Assembly: GCA_009103225.1 (NCBI GenBank)
Contig: RHPI01001020.1
Location: 43,504-107,503, forward strand
From: Chlorokybus atmophyticus
Lineage: Eukaryota > Plantae > Mesostigma and Chlorokybus algae
Direction: 5' to 3'
DNA: 64,000 bases
How positions within the stretch are numbered: the first letter of the stretch is position 1; each line of letters starts with the position of its first letter. The position numbers and the translations under genes are program-made. Below are positions 1-11,237 of the stretch, one piece after another. Below the pieces are notes generated by a model. That model was not told the origin of the DNA. It did no database searches and saw only the letters and a list, made by a program, of their open reading frames with translations.

Positions 1-335
1 CCGGGTTCAATGTGGCACCCAACACGACACAAAACGCATTAACATTTGAGGACCTCTAATTGAGGTTTTACTTACATAACCTCGTACAAGATTTGGAAGG
101 GATTATCTCAGTAGGGGCGTTGACCACTGGGCTATGGTAGTAAAGGGCGCTACTTTAGGCAGGAGAACATGTATGTAGCCTTGCCACATGTATGTTATAT
201 GTCAGTACCTTATGGCCAATAACGCGCGTGCGGCACGCAAAAGCGCGGTAGTCACACATGCTGTTGATAAAGTATACATGACTCTTATGTGTACATTTGG
301 GTCAGCATTGAGGTCAGCATCATGGTTGATGGCAC

Positions 336-800
336 AACCAACCCCACCACCCAACCCTACCAGCTGCACCTGACCAGCACAGCAGCACAGCCCCAGCGTA
401 CGACCTAAAGGTCCCTGCCCAGCGCAGTGCTGACGTGAGCACTGCGCGGCAAGGGTTGTTGACAACTGCGGCACGCAGCAGCCCGCGCAGTAGTGGCTGA
501 GAGGAGGGCGGAGGCAGAGGGAGCGGAGGGAGAGGGGGGAGTTGTCTAGCATGTTGATGCTGTTGCAGCTGTGGCCGTGGTTGACAACGGACTGACCAGC
601 GCCCATGTGAGCAGGTACTAACTGAATGCATGCTTGTATGTCTAACGGGGCGGGCTAGCATTGGTATAGTGTAGCAAGCAGCCATAGAACTAGCCCGGTG
701 GTTAAATATGATGTGTAAAGCGTGTGTATGCTTGTGCTGATGCATGCCATTCGCATTGTCCACATGCATGCTGCCACCGTACCATACCCCTTATATACAC
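336..800 (+). repeat. 5' pseudo-LTR of the PLE (465 bp)
   Basis: Matches 3984-4448 at offset 3648; no mismatch seen by eye. Confidence 0.92.
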
Positions 801-924
801 ACCACGCCCTGGTTGGTCCGTTGGACCGTCCCATGCCAGAGGCAAGCCGGGTAAGCTTGCCCCTTTGGGGATAGCACCCGGCTACCCTATGTTACTTTGC
901 ATAGGGATACATGCCGTGTGATGC

Positions 925-3916
925 ATGAGACTGCAATGGTTGAGTGCCTGTGAGATAATGGTAGAGGTGCTTGACCGGGAGCACCTTGCATGCGTACATA
1001 GACGCATGCATGCTGTTAGCGCCCACCCCGTTGGCCATGCAGGGCAGTGCAGCGCCTGCGCCGACACCATGCCTCGCTCACAACCCGCATATGACTGGGC
1101 TGGCATCAAAGCACGTGTCTTGGACATTCACTACCATTGGCAACTACCACTACTACGACGCATCCGCAGCAGAATCAGACGCATCTTGCACACCACGCAA
1201 CCGCTATCACCAACCGATGAGCACCACGTCATTTACATCATCTACACTACCACAGGCAGCAAGAAGTGCTACGTTGGCATGACAGTCCAGTCCGCATTCA
1301 AGCGTTTTAAGGAACACTTCCAGGCAGCCCACCGCACCACAGCCACCCTGTTGGAAAAGACAAACCTTACCGGTGCAATGGTGGGGCGTGTCGCCGCTGG
1401 AGGCAGTGCCGCTGAGGCCTCGAGAAACCTCTGCAGCTTGGCATCTGCGCGCTGCCCAAAAGGAATGGCTGTGGATGCAACGCTTGCGCACGGGGACACC
1501 ACGAGGCTACAATATTGAACATTCTCCCTACAGAAGAGCACGGGTACCACGCTGGCGACGCCAGCAGATGCGCACACTACCACAACACCAACCCCAGGCC
1601 CCACGAGAAGGCAGGGTGTTCGGCTACAGGGACTTCAAACGTCGCATCCAACGCCTCACAGAATGTATGCAGAAGGGCCAGTTCGTCTTCGCCAACCTGC
1701 TGACCTACAAGTTATTGAACCTGCACAAGATGTTGGCCGTCCTACAACACACAGCAGCAGCCGACCTACAAGTACTGCCAGCTCATGCGAAAGCACTGAC
1801 AGGCGCTTTGAGCAGACTGCTGCACAACTACCCAACAGGCTTGCCGCAGACACGCAACGCGCGCCTGCTGGTGACATGCCCTTTCGACAATGAAGCAGCC
1901 GATGCACTGCACCTGCAAAATCTGCTGTCCCATGCGGAGGTGCTAGCCACGCTACCTAACACAGTCCGTGCGCGCTTGGGTCAGCCCATGGTCGTCTGGA
2001 AATGCAGCAAGACAGTGGGACACATGTTGTGCAACCGAAGTTACCTCGTGACTCAATCCACCGCGCAACAACACCTGGCGATAATGTCGGCAGCGACATG
2101 TGTGTGCGCAGAGCCATGCTGGGCGGCCACAGTACACCCGCAACTACAGCACGTGGTGACATGCGACTATGACTGCCTGACACCATCGCTCGTCCTGCGG
2201 TTGGTGATGCGCAAAGGGACAAAGTTCCGCAGTACTGTACCGGCAAATGTACAGGTCTGTCTGCCAGCAATTGTGAGGGGGGTGCGTCGCTTTGCCACGG
2301 AGCTGGAGCAGCGATGGGGGCAACCAATGGTGTTGCAGCAATGGGCAGAGACACTGCTCGCTGTGGTGAAACGGCAAGCAGATACCATCATGGCATTCGC
2401 GGAACAGCAGGGCACAGTGACCACCCCAGACACAATGAGCAGATCCGATGCCGCAGCCTTGCGAAAACTGCAACAGGACTTTGTGATTACTGAGGTGGAC
2501 AAATGCGCTGGAGTGATAGTGGCAGTCTGTAAAAAGCACTACCTAAACTGCCTGGTGACAGAGCTCGGTACGGACGCCTATGAGCATGTCACAGCATCAC
2601 CGCAAGAGGTGCTACAGTCCCACCAGGAATGGAACCGCATCCACAACTTCAGTTCGGCCAAAGCTGGTCAACCTGCTCGGTTACCGCATTTGTACCTGCT
2701 CTGGAAGCTACACAAAGACCCACCACAACCACGCTTTATAGCAGCGGCATGGAATACTTCCTTGACAGAGGCCAGCATCTGGCTGACCCGTGTATACAAA
2801 ACCATGACTGCGATTTGGCATCAGCTATGGGCGGAGATAGTGGCGCTACCAGGCGTGTTGCACAGCTGGGTGGTGACTGATCCCATGGCGTTTATCAGAT
2901 TACAATGTGCGTTGAACTCCACTCGCTCAGCACGTGACAAGCAGATACGCATGCTGCTACAGACTTTTGATTTTTCGACACTTTACACGCGCATACAGCA
3001 CACTGATCTACTGCAAAGGATGGAGAGGTTGGTAGCTGCCACTTTTGACTATCAGCACAACCACAGCCGCGCTACGCATCTGCATTTGACAGTGGATTCG
3101 GATGGCACGGTGCTACATCATTGGACAGCGGCAGCCACTTATGAAGACGACGACGGTCACCAATGGCGTACTTTCACCCCGGCACTGCTGAGCGCCATGC
3201 TACGGTACCTGCTGGCCAACCTATACGTGCGTACAGCCACTGATGAGCTGTACAGACAGTGCGTGGGGGTGCCGATGGGCAACAACGCTGGTGCACATTT
3301 GGCGAATGGGTATTTGCTAACCCACGAACTCGACTTCGCCGACCACCTGCGGAGCACTGGTGACGTACAGCTGTTAGCAAGGTGCTCGCGTGGCGTACTG
3401 CGATACATAGACGATCTGTTTGTGGCGGACATCCCGGAGTTTGAGCATCTGCTGTACAGAGGACCGGGTGTCCTAGGGGGAGGCATATACCCGCGAGACA
3501 TTCTGACGGTGACCAGCACTGCCTGCGGTACTTCAGTCTCATTTTTGGATCTGTTAGTGTTCCAGACGGAAGTGGGAATGTGTACCAGACTATACTGCAA
3601 GCGTGATCTGCCAGCCTTCGCCAACGTACCACGCCACCGAGCACCCCTACCATCGTCCAATCTACCTCGCACAGTGAAGTTGGGCGTCGTCGAATCCCAG
3701 TACGCAAGATTCAGTCGCGTTTGCACCTACCGGACTCACTTTGTCAGCGCCATGTCCGCGCTGCTCCTGGGCATGCAGCAGGACGGACACCCCATGAAAC
3801 GCCTGTTGGCGACGCTGCGTCACAAGATGTTGACAGCGAACACCTACGTATACTGCACACCACCGCAGCTCTTGTACAAGCTAGTGTTTGCGGAAGTGCG
3901 CAAGCACCGGGCCTGA
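925..3916 (+). CDS. PLE GIY-YIG endonuclease/reverse transcriptase, split by one +1 frameshift near 1340-1375
   Basis: The N-half of GIY-YIG is in ORF 925-1518; the C-half (WWGVSPLE..EWLW..GYN) and the RT are in ORF 1373-3916. The true start may be the ATG at 1069. Confidence 0.85.
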
Positions 3917-3983
3917 CTGTACGAGCCACTGCACGGGGAGCAGGCTGCTGGTAACCCAGCTTGCCCGTGCCACAGACACAACA

Positions 3984-4448
3984 AACCAACCCCACCACCC
4001 AACCCTACCAGCTGCACCTGACCAGCACAGCAGCACAGCCCCAGCGTACGACCTAAAGGTCCCTGCCCAGCGCAGTGCTGACGTGAGCACTGCGCGGCAA
4101 GGGTTGTTGACAACTGCGGCACGCAGCAGCCCGCGCAGTAGTGGCTGAGAGGAGGGCGGAGGCAGAGGGAGCGGAGGGAGAGGGGGGAGTTGTCTAGCAT
4201 GTTGATGCTGTTGCAGCTGTGGCCGTGGTTGACAACGGACTGACCAGCGCCCATGTGAGCAGGTACTAACTGAATGCATGCTTGTATGTCTAACGGGGCG
4301 GGCTAGCATTGGTATAGTGTAGCAAGCAGCCATAGAACTAGCCCGGTGGTTAAATATGATGTGTAAAGCGTGTGTATGCTTGTGCTGATGCATGCCATTC
4401 GCATTGTCCACATGCATGCTGCCACCGTACCATACCCCTTATATACAC
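3984..4448 (+). repeat. 3' pseudo-LTR of the PLE (465 bp)
   Basis: Second copy of 336-800, starting 67 bp after the RT stop codon. Confidence 0.92.
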
Positions 4449-5213
4449 CTGAATTTAGGTCGCGCATCAACAAATGTTGACATGTGTCATTGGAATCTGC
4501 ATCAGAGTATCATGTTGGTATTGAAATCCCCCGTCGTTGATTGTTAACCCACATGCACACCGCTATGCTACAGGTTTGCCCTTCAGTCACCGCTTGCTGC
4601 TGCTGCCGAATGCCCCGCTACATTTGCTCTCAGTACACATATGACAATCAGCATTGATCCCGGGTGTAACTGATGTCGTCTGTTTGTACCTGCTAGCCCG
4701 CCTGCCTTGTGCCTTGTGTGCCGGTGCATGCCCACAATGCATATCTTGTGCACCAACAGCCGCAACCATGCATGAAACACAACATGACAATATACAAAGA
4801 TTGCAATGCGGTGATAAGTATACAGACATGCAAGCAACTATCATGCAAACCCTGCCTGTGTGTTTACCTTGTGTTGTGTGCCTACCTGCTCTTGTGCGCA
4901 TGCTGTCTGTCTTGCATTGTATTGAAAGCCCATACACTCATAAGACACCTAAATATGCTAATATGCTCACCTTGATCACAACCTCTGGGCTAGGCGCACA
5001 CTTTCAAGCTACCTACTTCACTCCTAACCCTAGCGCTACCACTACTGCCCAACCCCATTGGCCATGTATACACAGATCACCTGCCACACAGACGTTTTCG
5101 TGTGGCTGTGCGCATGTTAACCTCTTGAATCTGCAATCACCTGGACATGCACAACGACATGCATCATAACTTACAGCATACGCAAACAAAACGTGCACGG
5201 GGATAGATACCCA

Positions 5214-6980
5214 TTAACTGCTCAGTGTTTGTGGAGGAACTCCAGGCACGGTCTGCATTTGTGTAGCTGAGACATGCTCAGCACTTTCAGGCATCAGATG
5301 CGCGCCCTCGTGTACTAGAGACATACTCATGTGCGGGTCGGCATGTGGAACAAGGTTTAATTGTGCAGAGGTGGGTGACTCTTGCGGTCGTCGAGGAGAG
5401 GTGGGAGTTCTGTGAGGCAACAGTACTTGTGAATGAAGTTTGGTTGCTGCGGGGACGGCTTTGGACAACACGCGAAACTGCTTTTCGGAAACAGCCTGCG
5501 AGGGTAACCAGACACGATCATTGAGCGATGCAACAGCAACCTGCATGTGTTGATGATGAGGATTTGTGCAGGAAAAGCAACTATACCTGCATGGCAAGCA
5601 GCAGCTGTTGAGTCTCTGCCAACTCGCGCGCATGTGCCTCGGCTTTGCTGGCCAGCAGCTGTACAGTGGCTGTTGTCTCCTGAGCTTCGCGGGCGATCTA
5701 CCCATCACAAGTTGAGTCACGCACACCCGCACTCTCACGCCATGCACACGTGCATAGAATCACTCATGCAGTCAGTTAGGCACACGCGCACACTGCAAGC
5801 CGGATGGTCATGTTTGAGTGTGTCATGCATGGCATGCACCGTTCGGATGTCGTCACGCATCACACGCCTCATCACACGCATGCGCAGCTGCAGCTTTGTC
5901 TGCTGCCTCCCGCTAACCTGCCAAGCGTAAACCCCGTGACTCGCCTGCATGGTGTTGATACAACACAACAAAGGATCTGCTATCACACCTGCATGTAGCG
6001 GCTGTCAAGGTCTTGCAGCTGTTCCAGCTTTGCTACTCTTGCTGTAAGGCCCATCGCATCTGCGCACGACGCTTTGCCTCAAGCACAGACCAGCAAGCGA
6101 CTCGTGTAGAGAAACACACTTGCACACGCACCTGCTGGCCCATCGACCAATGCCGTCGCGTACGAGTTGGACATGATGTTGCGAACAATGGCCCAGGTGC
6201 GCCACCTGTGCGCGCATGTGTGTGTGTGCACGCGCTGGCGCTGCTGCGCACATGTGCATGCACATGCGCTTTGCTTGCATGTTGTCTTGCTTTTACGCGT
6301 ACACAAAGTTGCCTATGATGAAACAGAGCATTCGCACGCAGGCTTTGGCGCGGTTACCTGAGAACAGCGCCGACAAATACGGCGAGCAGCAACACGGCGG
6401 TTCCACCTGCTTGCCATGCCCAGGAACTACCAGGCAGAGCCAACACCTGCATGCATGCACGTGTGTCAACCATAGCCCAAACTGTGTGCATGCGATCCAC
6501 ACACAGTCCTGCTGCGCTCAGTGGCGTGAAGTGTAGGCACCCTGGCTACTTGAAACTGGTCACAATTTACAGGCTGCAGTTGTAGTATATGTGATTGCAA
6601 TGCGCACAAAAGCTCTGTCATGAATGCCGCACCACTGCATACGTCAGCCTCTTGCACACAGAAACGACATTGGCGACAGCGGCGGCGCAAATCAGCGACC
6701 CCTCCACAGCCGCCCACGCTGCCAGACTCTGTGGCTCAGTTGTAATTTTCCTATTGCCCTCCGTCGCCTTCCTCTTCGCCTCTGTCCTCGCCCCTGCCGC
6801 CGCCGCCGCCGCCGCACTGAGCCTCGTCCTGGAGAGTGGCAGCTTCAGCCAGGGTGCTGTAGTCCTCCTTGTTGTTTGCCGTATAACCCTTTTTGTCAAT
6901 GTTGGGGAAGGCGTCACCAGCAACGGACTGACGCCGCGGCCGACCACCCTGCCGCCGCCGCCGCCGCCCAGATTGGCCAT
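5214..6980 (-). CDS. Spliced gene for a putative plastid-targeted membrane + coiled-coil protein
   Basis: GT-AG exons assemble as a transit-peptide-like N-terminus, hydrophobic segments (VLALPGSSWAWQAGGTAVLLLAVFVGAVLRRWR), then ARVAKLEQ, RQQTKLQLRMRVMRR, ARELAETQQLLLAMQ and AVSEKQFRVL. From memory this resembles the Arabidopsis At5g65250-like family; not verified by search. Confidence 0.6.
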
Positions 6981-7337
6981 GGCGGCGACGGCGGTGGCAC
7001 TGTGCTCTGGACCGGCCACGTCAAGAGCGGTATGCATTGGAGAATGTATCAATACTAGTTTTGGAATATCACACCAAAAACAACTTTGCATCAAGAATAT
7101 AGCCGGCGTGAATGGTGAATAGCAGAGATGTTGAGGAACGCATCATCACTATGATGGTCATCCACCGTGTTGAAAATATGGCATGGCGCACATGAGAACC
7201 ACATACGAGTACAAGGGGCTATATTGGCTTTGAAAGCACCTACACATGCAGCTACATTTGCGTTTCGTGCACACGCGCATGCGTATACATGTTTCACTCT
7301 ACCCTCGATGTGACCACGTAATTTCGAGCATAATTGT

Positions 7338-7542
7338 CACTACATAGTCAATGTCATTACCTTGATGTAGCGAGAGTGGTCAAACAGTAGTGTAGAGCGC
7401 ATTACCTCGTTGTAGTGACATAATGTCATTAATGACACTACATAGTCAATGTCATTACCTTGATGTAGCGAGAGTAGTCAATACAGTAGTGTAGAGCGCA
7501 TTACCTCGTTGTAGTGACATAATGTCATTAATGACATTATGT
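7338..7542. repeat. Tandem duplication of a ~98-bp unit ending in a 26-bp perfect palindrome
   Basis: cactacatagtcaatgtcattacc... starts at 7338 and 7436; acataatgtcattaatgacattatgt at 7517-7542 is self-complementary. Confidence 0.9.
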
Positions 7543-9286
7543 ACATATTGTTAATTAAATATATACATACCTCGCTACAATATTGTAGCGAAATATGTAT
7601 ATATTTATATTTGCTATGCAGTGACAGCTGGTCACTACATCGAGACAACGATCAATTTTGGTGCTTGTAATGTTGGTGCAGGCTTTGCACCAACTATTGC
7701 GTATACGAAAAGGCAAACCCTAATTAATGGATTATCTATTTATACCCTCTTGGTAATGCCGCTCCGTAATGGCGCCATTGATCCTTACAGCAGGTGTGAT
7801 AGTCACTATAAAAGGCGAACTTTACCATATTTAAATCGGTGCATTTAGATACGGTCGCTACTTGGAGGGTGTCATAGGAAGGAGTGTGATTACAGCAAGG
7901 GTAGACTGTACAATGGTTATACTTAAACACGTAAAAAGCATTCTATTGAGGGTTGTTCATGGTTAGAATGCGTAAGATGCGAGGCTCGCAAATAGGGCTG
8001 AGACATAACAATTAAGTTTGAAGGAAAAAAAAACCTTTCTTTGATGTTCATTGCTCGATCTCATGTTGGTGGGCGTAACATTAAAATAAAGGTTGAAAAG
8101 CAAATGTACTTTATTTTCTATGGCGCATAGGGAACGAACCTTTTGCAGTCACGCATTGTCACGCATAATCACGATGCATCATAGCATTACTTCAAGTAAC
8201 ACGTGACGCAATGTGACTCAACGTTATGCTATTGTGCACTACATGCTGACATATACATATTGTTTAACACAACATGCCGTAAATGATGCAATGCTTTATG
8301 GCACGAGATGCGTGTGATTGTGCTGATGAATGTATGCTTTTTTATGTATTTTTAATACACCTAAACAAGGACATTCTTCGTGTTTTTGTTCGTTATTTAT
8401 GGTTCGCTCGCTGTCACTTGCAGATGTTGCTCATTGTTTTCTGCAAGAACGAAATTTGGTTATTTAGTTATTTGAACCATAAAATAACAATGTTCTTCAG
8501 ACTCTTGCTCTTTGTTGGTCTGGTCATGCCAAATAGGTTCGCCCCCAGCCCTGCCCGCAAAGCCAATTGCAATCAGATGACGTGCTATTTCATACACACA
8601 AGCTCTTCCACACTTGAAAGTGTGAGAGAGCTTCACAGACATGCGCTACAAGTAATTGTATAACGATTAGCAAAGTATGCGGTGCCAATGTTGTAATCCA
8701 CTTAAGTGCACAAGCCATGTACAGATTATTCACTTGTAAATTTGCATTGATAAAAGCGGCGTTTATTTGACGGCAGTGCACGTATGTAACACAGCTCACC
8801 CCAAGCAAACATCAACACTTAATGTGTTGATGTCGAGCAAGTTGCTCGACGGTCCATTTACCTGCAGTCTCATCATCGTACACAAGATTACAACATGTCT
8901 CCTATTTGGGTATGTACATTGTATAGTAGACAATATGCACTACTGAGAGTGTCTGTCTTACACTCCAGGAATGTGCACCTCAACTTCCCTCTACGGCCCT
9001 GATGCAGTCCAGCGCAGCAATCATTTATCATAATGGGTCGAAACCAGCCAACAGTCCACACAGCATTGTCTTGAACCACAGCTTGTGCAACTGATTGATA
9101 ATCTTAAATTTATCCAAGTACGGTTCTTAAGAAATAAACCAAAGCGCATGGTTCATGGGATTAAATTAATTTATATTATAATAATATCAACATTAGAGAC
9201 TTGTAAGCTCTCGTAAAATGATACTATCATACACTGGTGCAAGGATGACTATATATCCGAGGTGTGGGGCTTATTAAGGAGGAGGG

Positions 9287-9921
9287 NNNNNNNNNNNNNN
9301 NNNNNNNNNNNNNNNNNNNNNNNNNNNNNNNNNNNNNNNNNNNNNNNNNNNNNNNNNNNNNNNNNNNNNNNNNNNNNNNNNNNNNNNNNNNNNNNNNNNN
9401 NNNNNNNNNNNNNNNNNNNNNNNNNNNNNNNNNNNNNNNNNNNNNNNNNNNNNNNNNNNNNNNNNNNNNNNNNNNNNNNNNNNNNNNNNNNNNNNNNNNN
9501 NNNNNNNNNNNNNNNNNNNNNNNNNNNNNNNNNNNNNNNNNNNNNNNNNNNNNNNNNNNNNNNNNNNNNNNNNNNNNNNNNNNNNNNNNNNNNNNNNNNN
9601 NNNNNNNNNNNNNNNNNNNNNNNNNNNNNNNNNNNNNNNNNNNNNNNNNNNNNNNNNNNNNNNNNNNNNNNNNNNNNNNNNNNNNNNNNNNNNNNNNNNN
9701 NNNNNNNNNNNNNNNNNNNNNNNNNNNNNNNNNNNNNNNNNNNNNNNNNNNNNNNNNNNNNNNNNNNNNNNNNNNNNNNNNNNNNNNNNNNNNNNNNNNN
9801 NNNNNNNNNNNNNNNNNNNNNNNNNNNNNNNNNNNNNNNNNNNNNNNNNNNNNNNNNNNNNNNNNNNNNNNNNNNNNNNNNNNNNNNNNNNNNNNNNNNN
9901 NNNNNNNNNNNNNNNNNNNNN
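9287..9921. other. Assembly gap flanked by G-rich tracts
   Basis: N run; poly-G on the right side. Confidence 1.
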
Positions 9922-11237
9922 NGGGGGGGGGGGCTCGGCTATCAAAGTAAGAGCTGGCTTATGCGGTAAAAAAGGTTGTCATGTTTTCATGTTTAAGTGC
10001 GACGCACATCGGAGCTGGTATCAACCTGGTGGGTTCCGTGAAGTGTACAACGAATAAAGTTCAATCATGATTTAGTATACCAAACCTTATAAGGTTGAAG
10101 TTCAGACCTTGTGTCGAATTCTTATGACGGGACGCAATGGTCATGTACGACAAATATAAAAGGAACATTGTTGACATTGATGTTTAACATGATGGTTTTA
10201 ATTGAAATGTTATTTGCAATGTATATAACATATTGCTAATGATGAGTTGAAAAGTTTGGGTTGGTCACCTGAAGTTTGCATTGCAAGTGTAAGTTATTTA
10301 AGATAACATTGTAAGTTTGTTCTTTTCGCAATCATGCATACTATGGTAACGTTTGCATACGTTAGGCACAATGCATACTATCCGATGCTGTACGGATGGT
10401 ACTCGTCATACATCACATCAAGTGGAACTGTCGCAACGTTTACAATTGCCAATCAGAGATGCGTAAATAAATGCAATGGATGTAACATTGCGTTTCAATA
10501 TTGCAATAGCCATGTGTTATACTCTGGTGAATAAAGCCGAAAGCAAACCCTTAAAGCTGAGCATGTGTGTCAACTTTTGCATATGTATAAGTGATAGATT
10601 GTTGTATCTATGCCTGAGACTAGCGTAACTATACTATAGCGCACGGGCCAGGTGTACGACACGGGACTCCCGAAGGACACATGATAAAATTAAACTATAC
10701 TGTAGCTATGTAGTAGCGGCGCTGCACTTGCCCTCCCCCATGGTTGCTGCCTGTAAATACACACAACCATCGAGACATGTCTCCAATACTGCAAGCTAGC
10801 TCGACATGCGCAGCCTCTGCGACCACCAACCGCTTGAAAAAGAGTATACTTGCACGCGCACGCGCACTGCCAGACTAGGCCAGCCACTGGCAGCCCACAC
10901 CCACGCGTGCACCCAGACGTCCACATGTACGCGAACATGTGCAAACGCACACTGCACCTGCACTGCCTGACCAGGCCACCAACAACTCGCCACACGCCCA
11001 TACACGCATGCACGCGCGCACAAGCGTGCACGCTCTGCCCCCACCCGCCAATTGGCTGCCCAATCGTCCAAGGAAGGGCTCGCCTTATGTTGATGCAGCT
11101 CCATAGCACCTCGCAGCCTCTGCAACAACAACTGTAGTAAGTAGTAACACACCAGTGACTTCGCTTTCCCAAACACTACCAACCAACAAGCATCTGTGTG
11201 ACACATCATGATTTCTCATGCTTACCAGCTCAGCCTC

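Larger units (their letters stand above)
336..4448 (+). mobile_element. Penelope-like retroelement, Naiad/Chlamys type (N-terminal GIY-YIG + CxC linker + RT), with direct pseudo-LTRs
   Basis: Direct repeat 336-800 = 3984-4448 flanks an ORF with GIY-YIG motifs (VIYIIY..CYVGMT..RFKEH; KEWLWMQRL..PRGYN), a CVC..HVVTCD linker and PLE RT motifs (DKCAG..CKKHY, WKLHKDPPQPRFI, FDFSTLY, QCVGVPMG, RYIDD, SQYARF). Confidence 0.92.

Noticed and set aside
202-769. Minus-strand ORFs in the pseudo-LTRs, and the many Cys/His/Ala-rich short ORFs across the window
   Set aside because: They come from repeat or intronic (CA/TG, TGCA-rich) low-complexity sequence and show no domain signal.
336-925. Hammerhead ribozyme in the PLE pseudo-LTR
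   Set aside because: No CUGAnGA plus GAAA core with flanking stems found on either strand.
7338-7542. CRISPR-like array
   Set aside because: Only two contiguous ~98-bp units with no unique spacers, in a eukaryotic context.
9262-9969. ORFs spanning N gaps (also 35442-35935 and 60806-61216)
   Set aside because: Artefacts of translating N runs.
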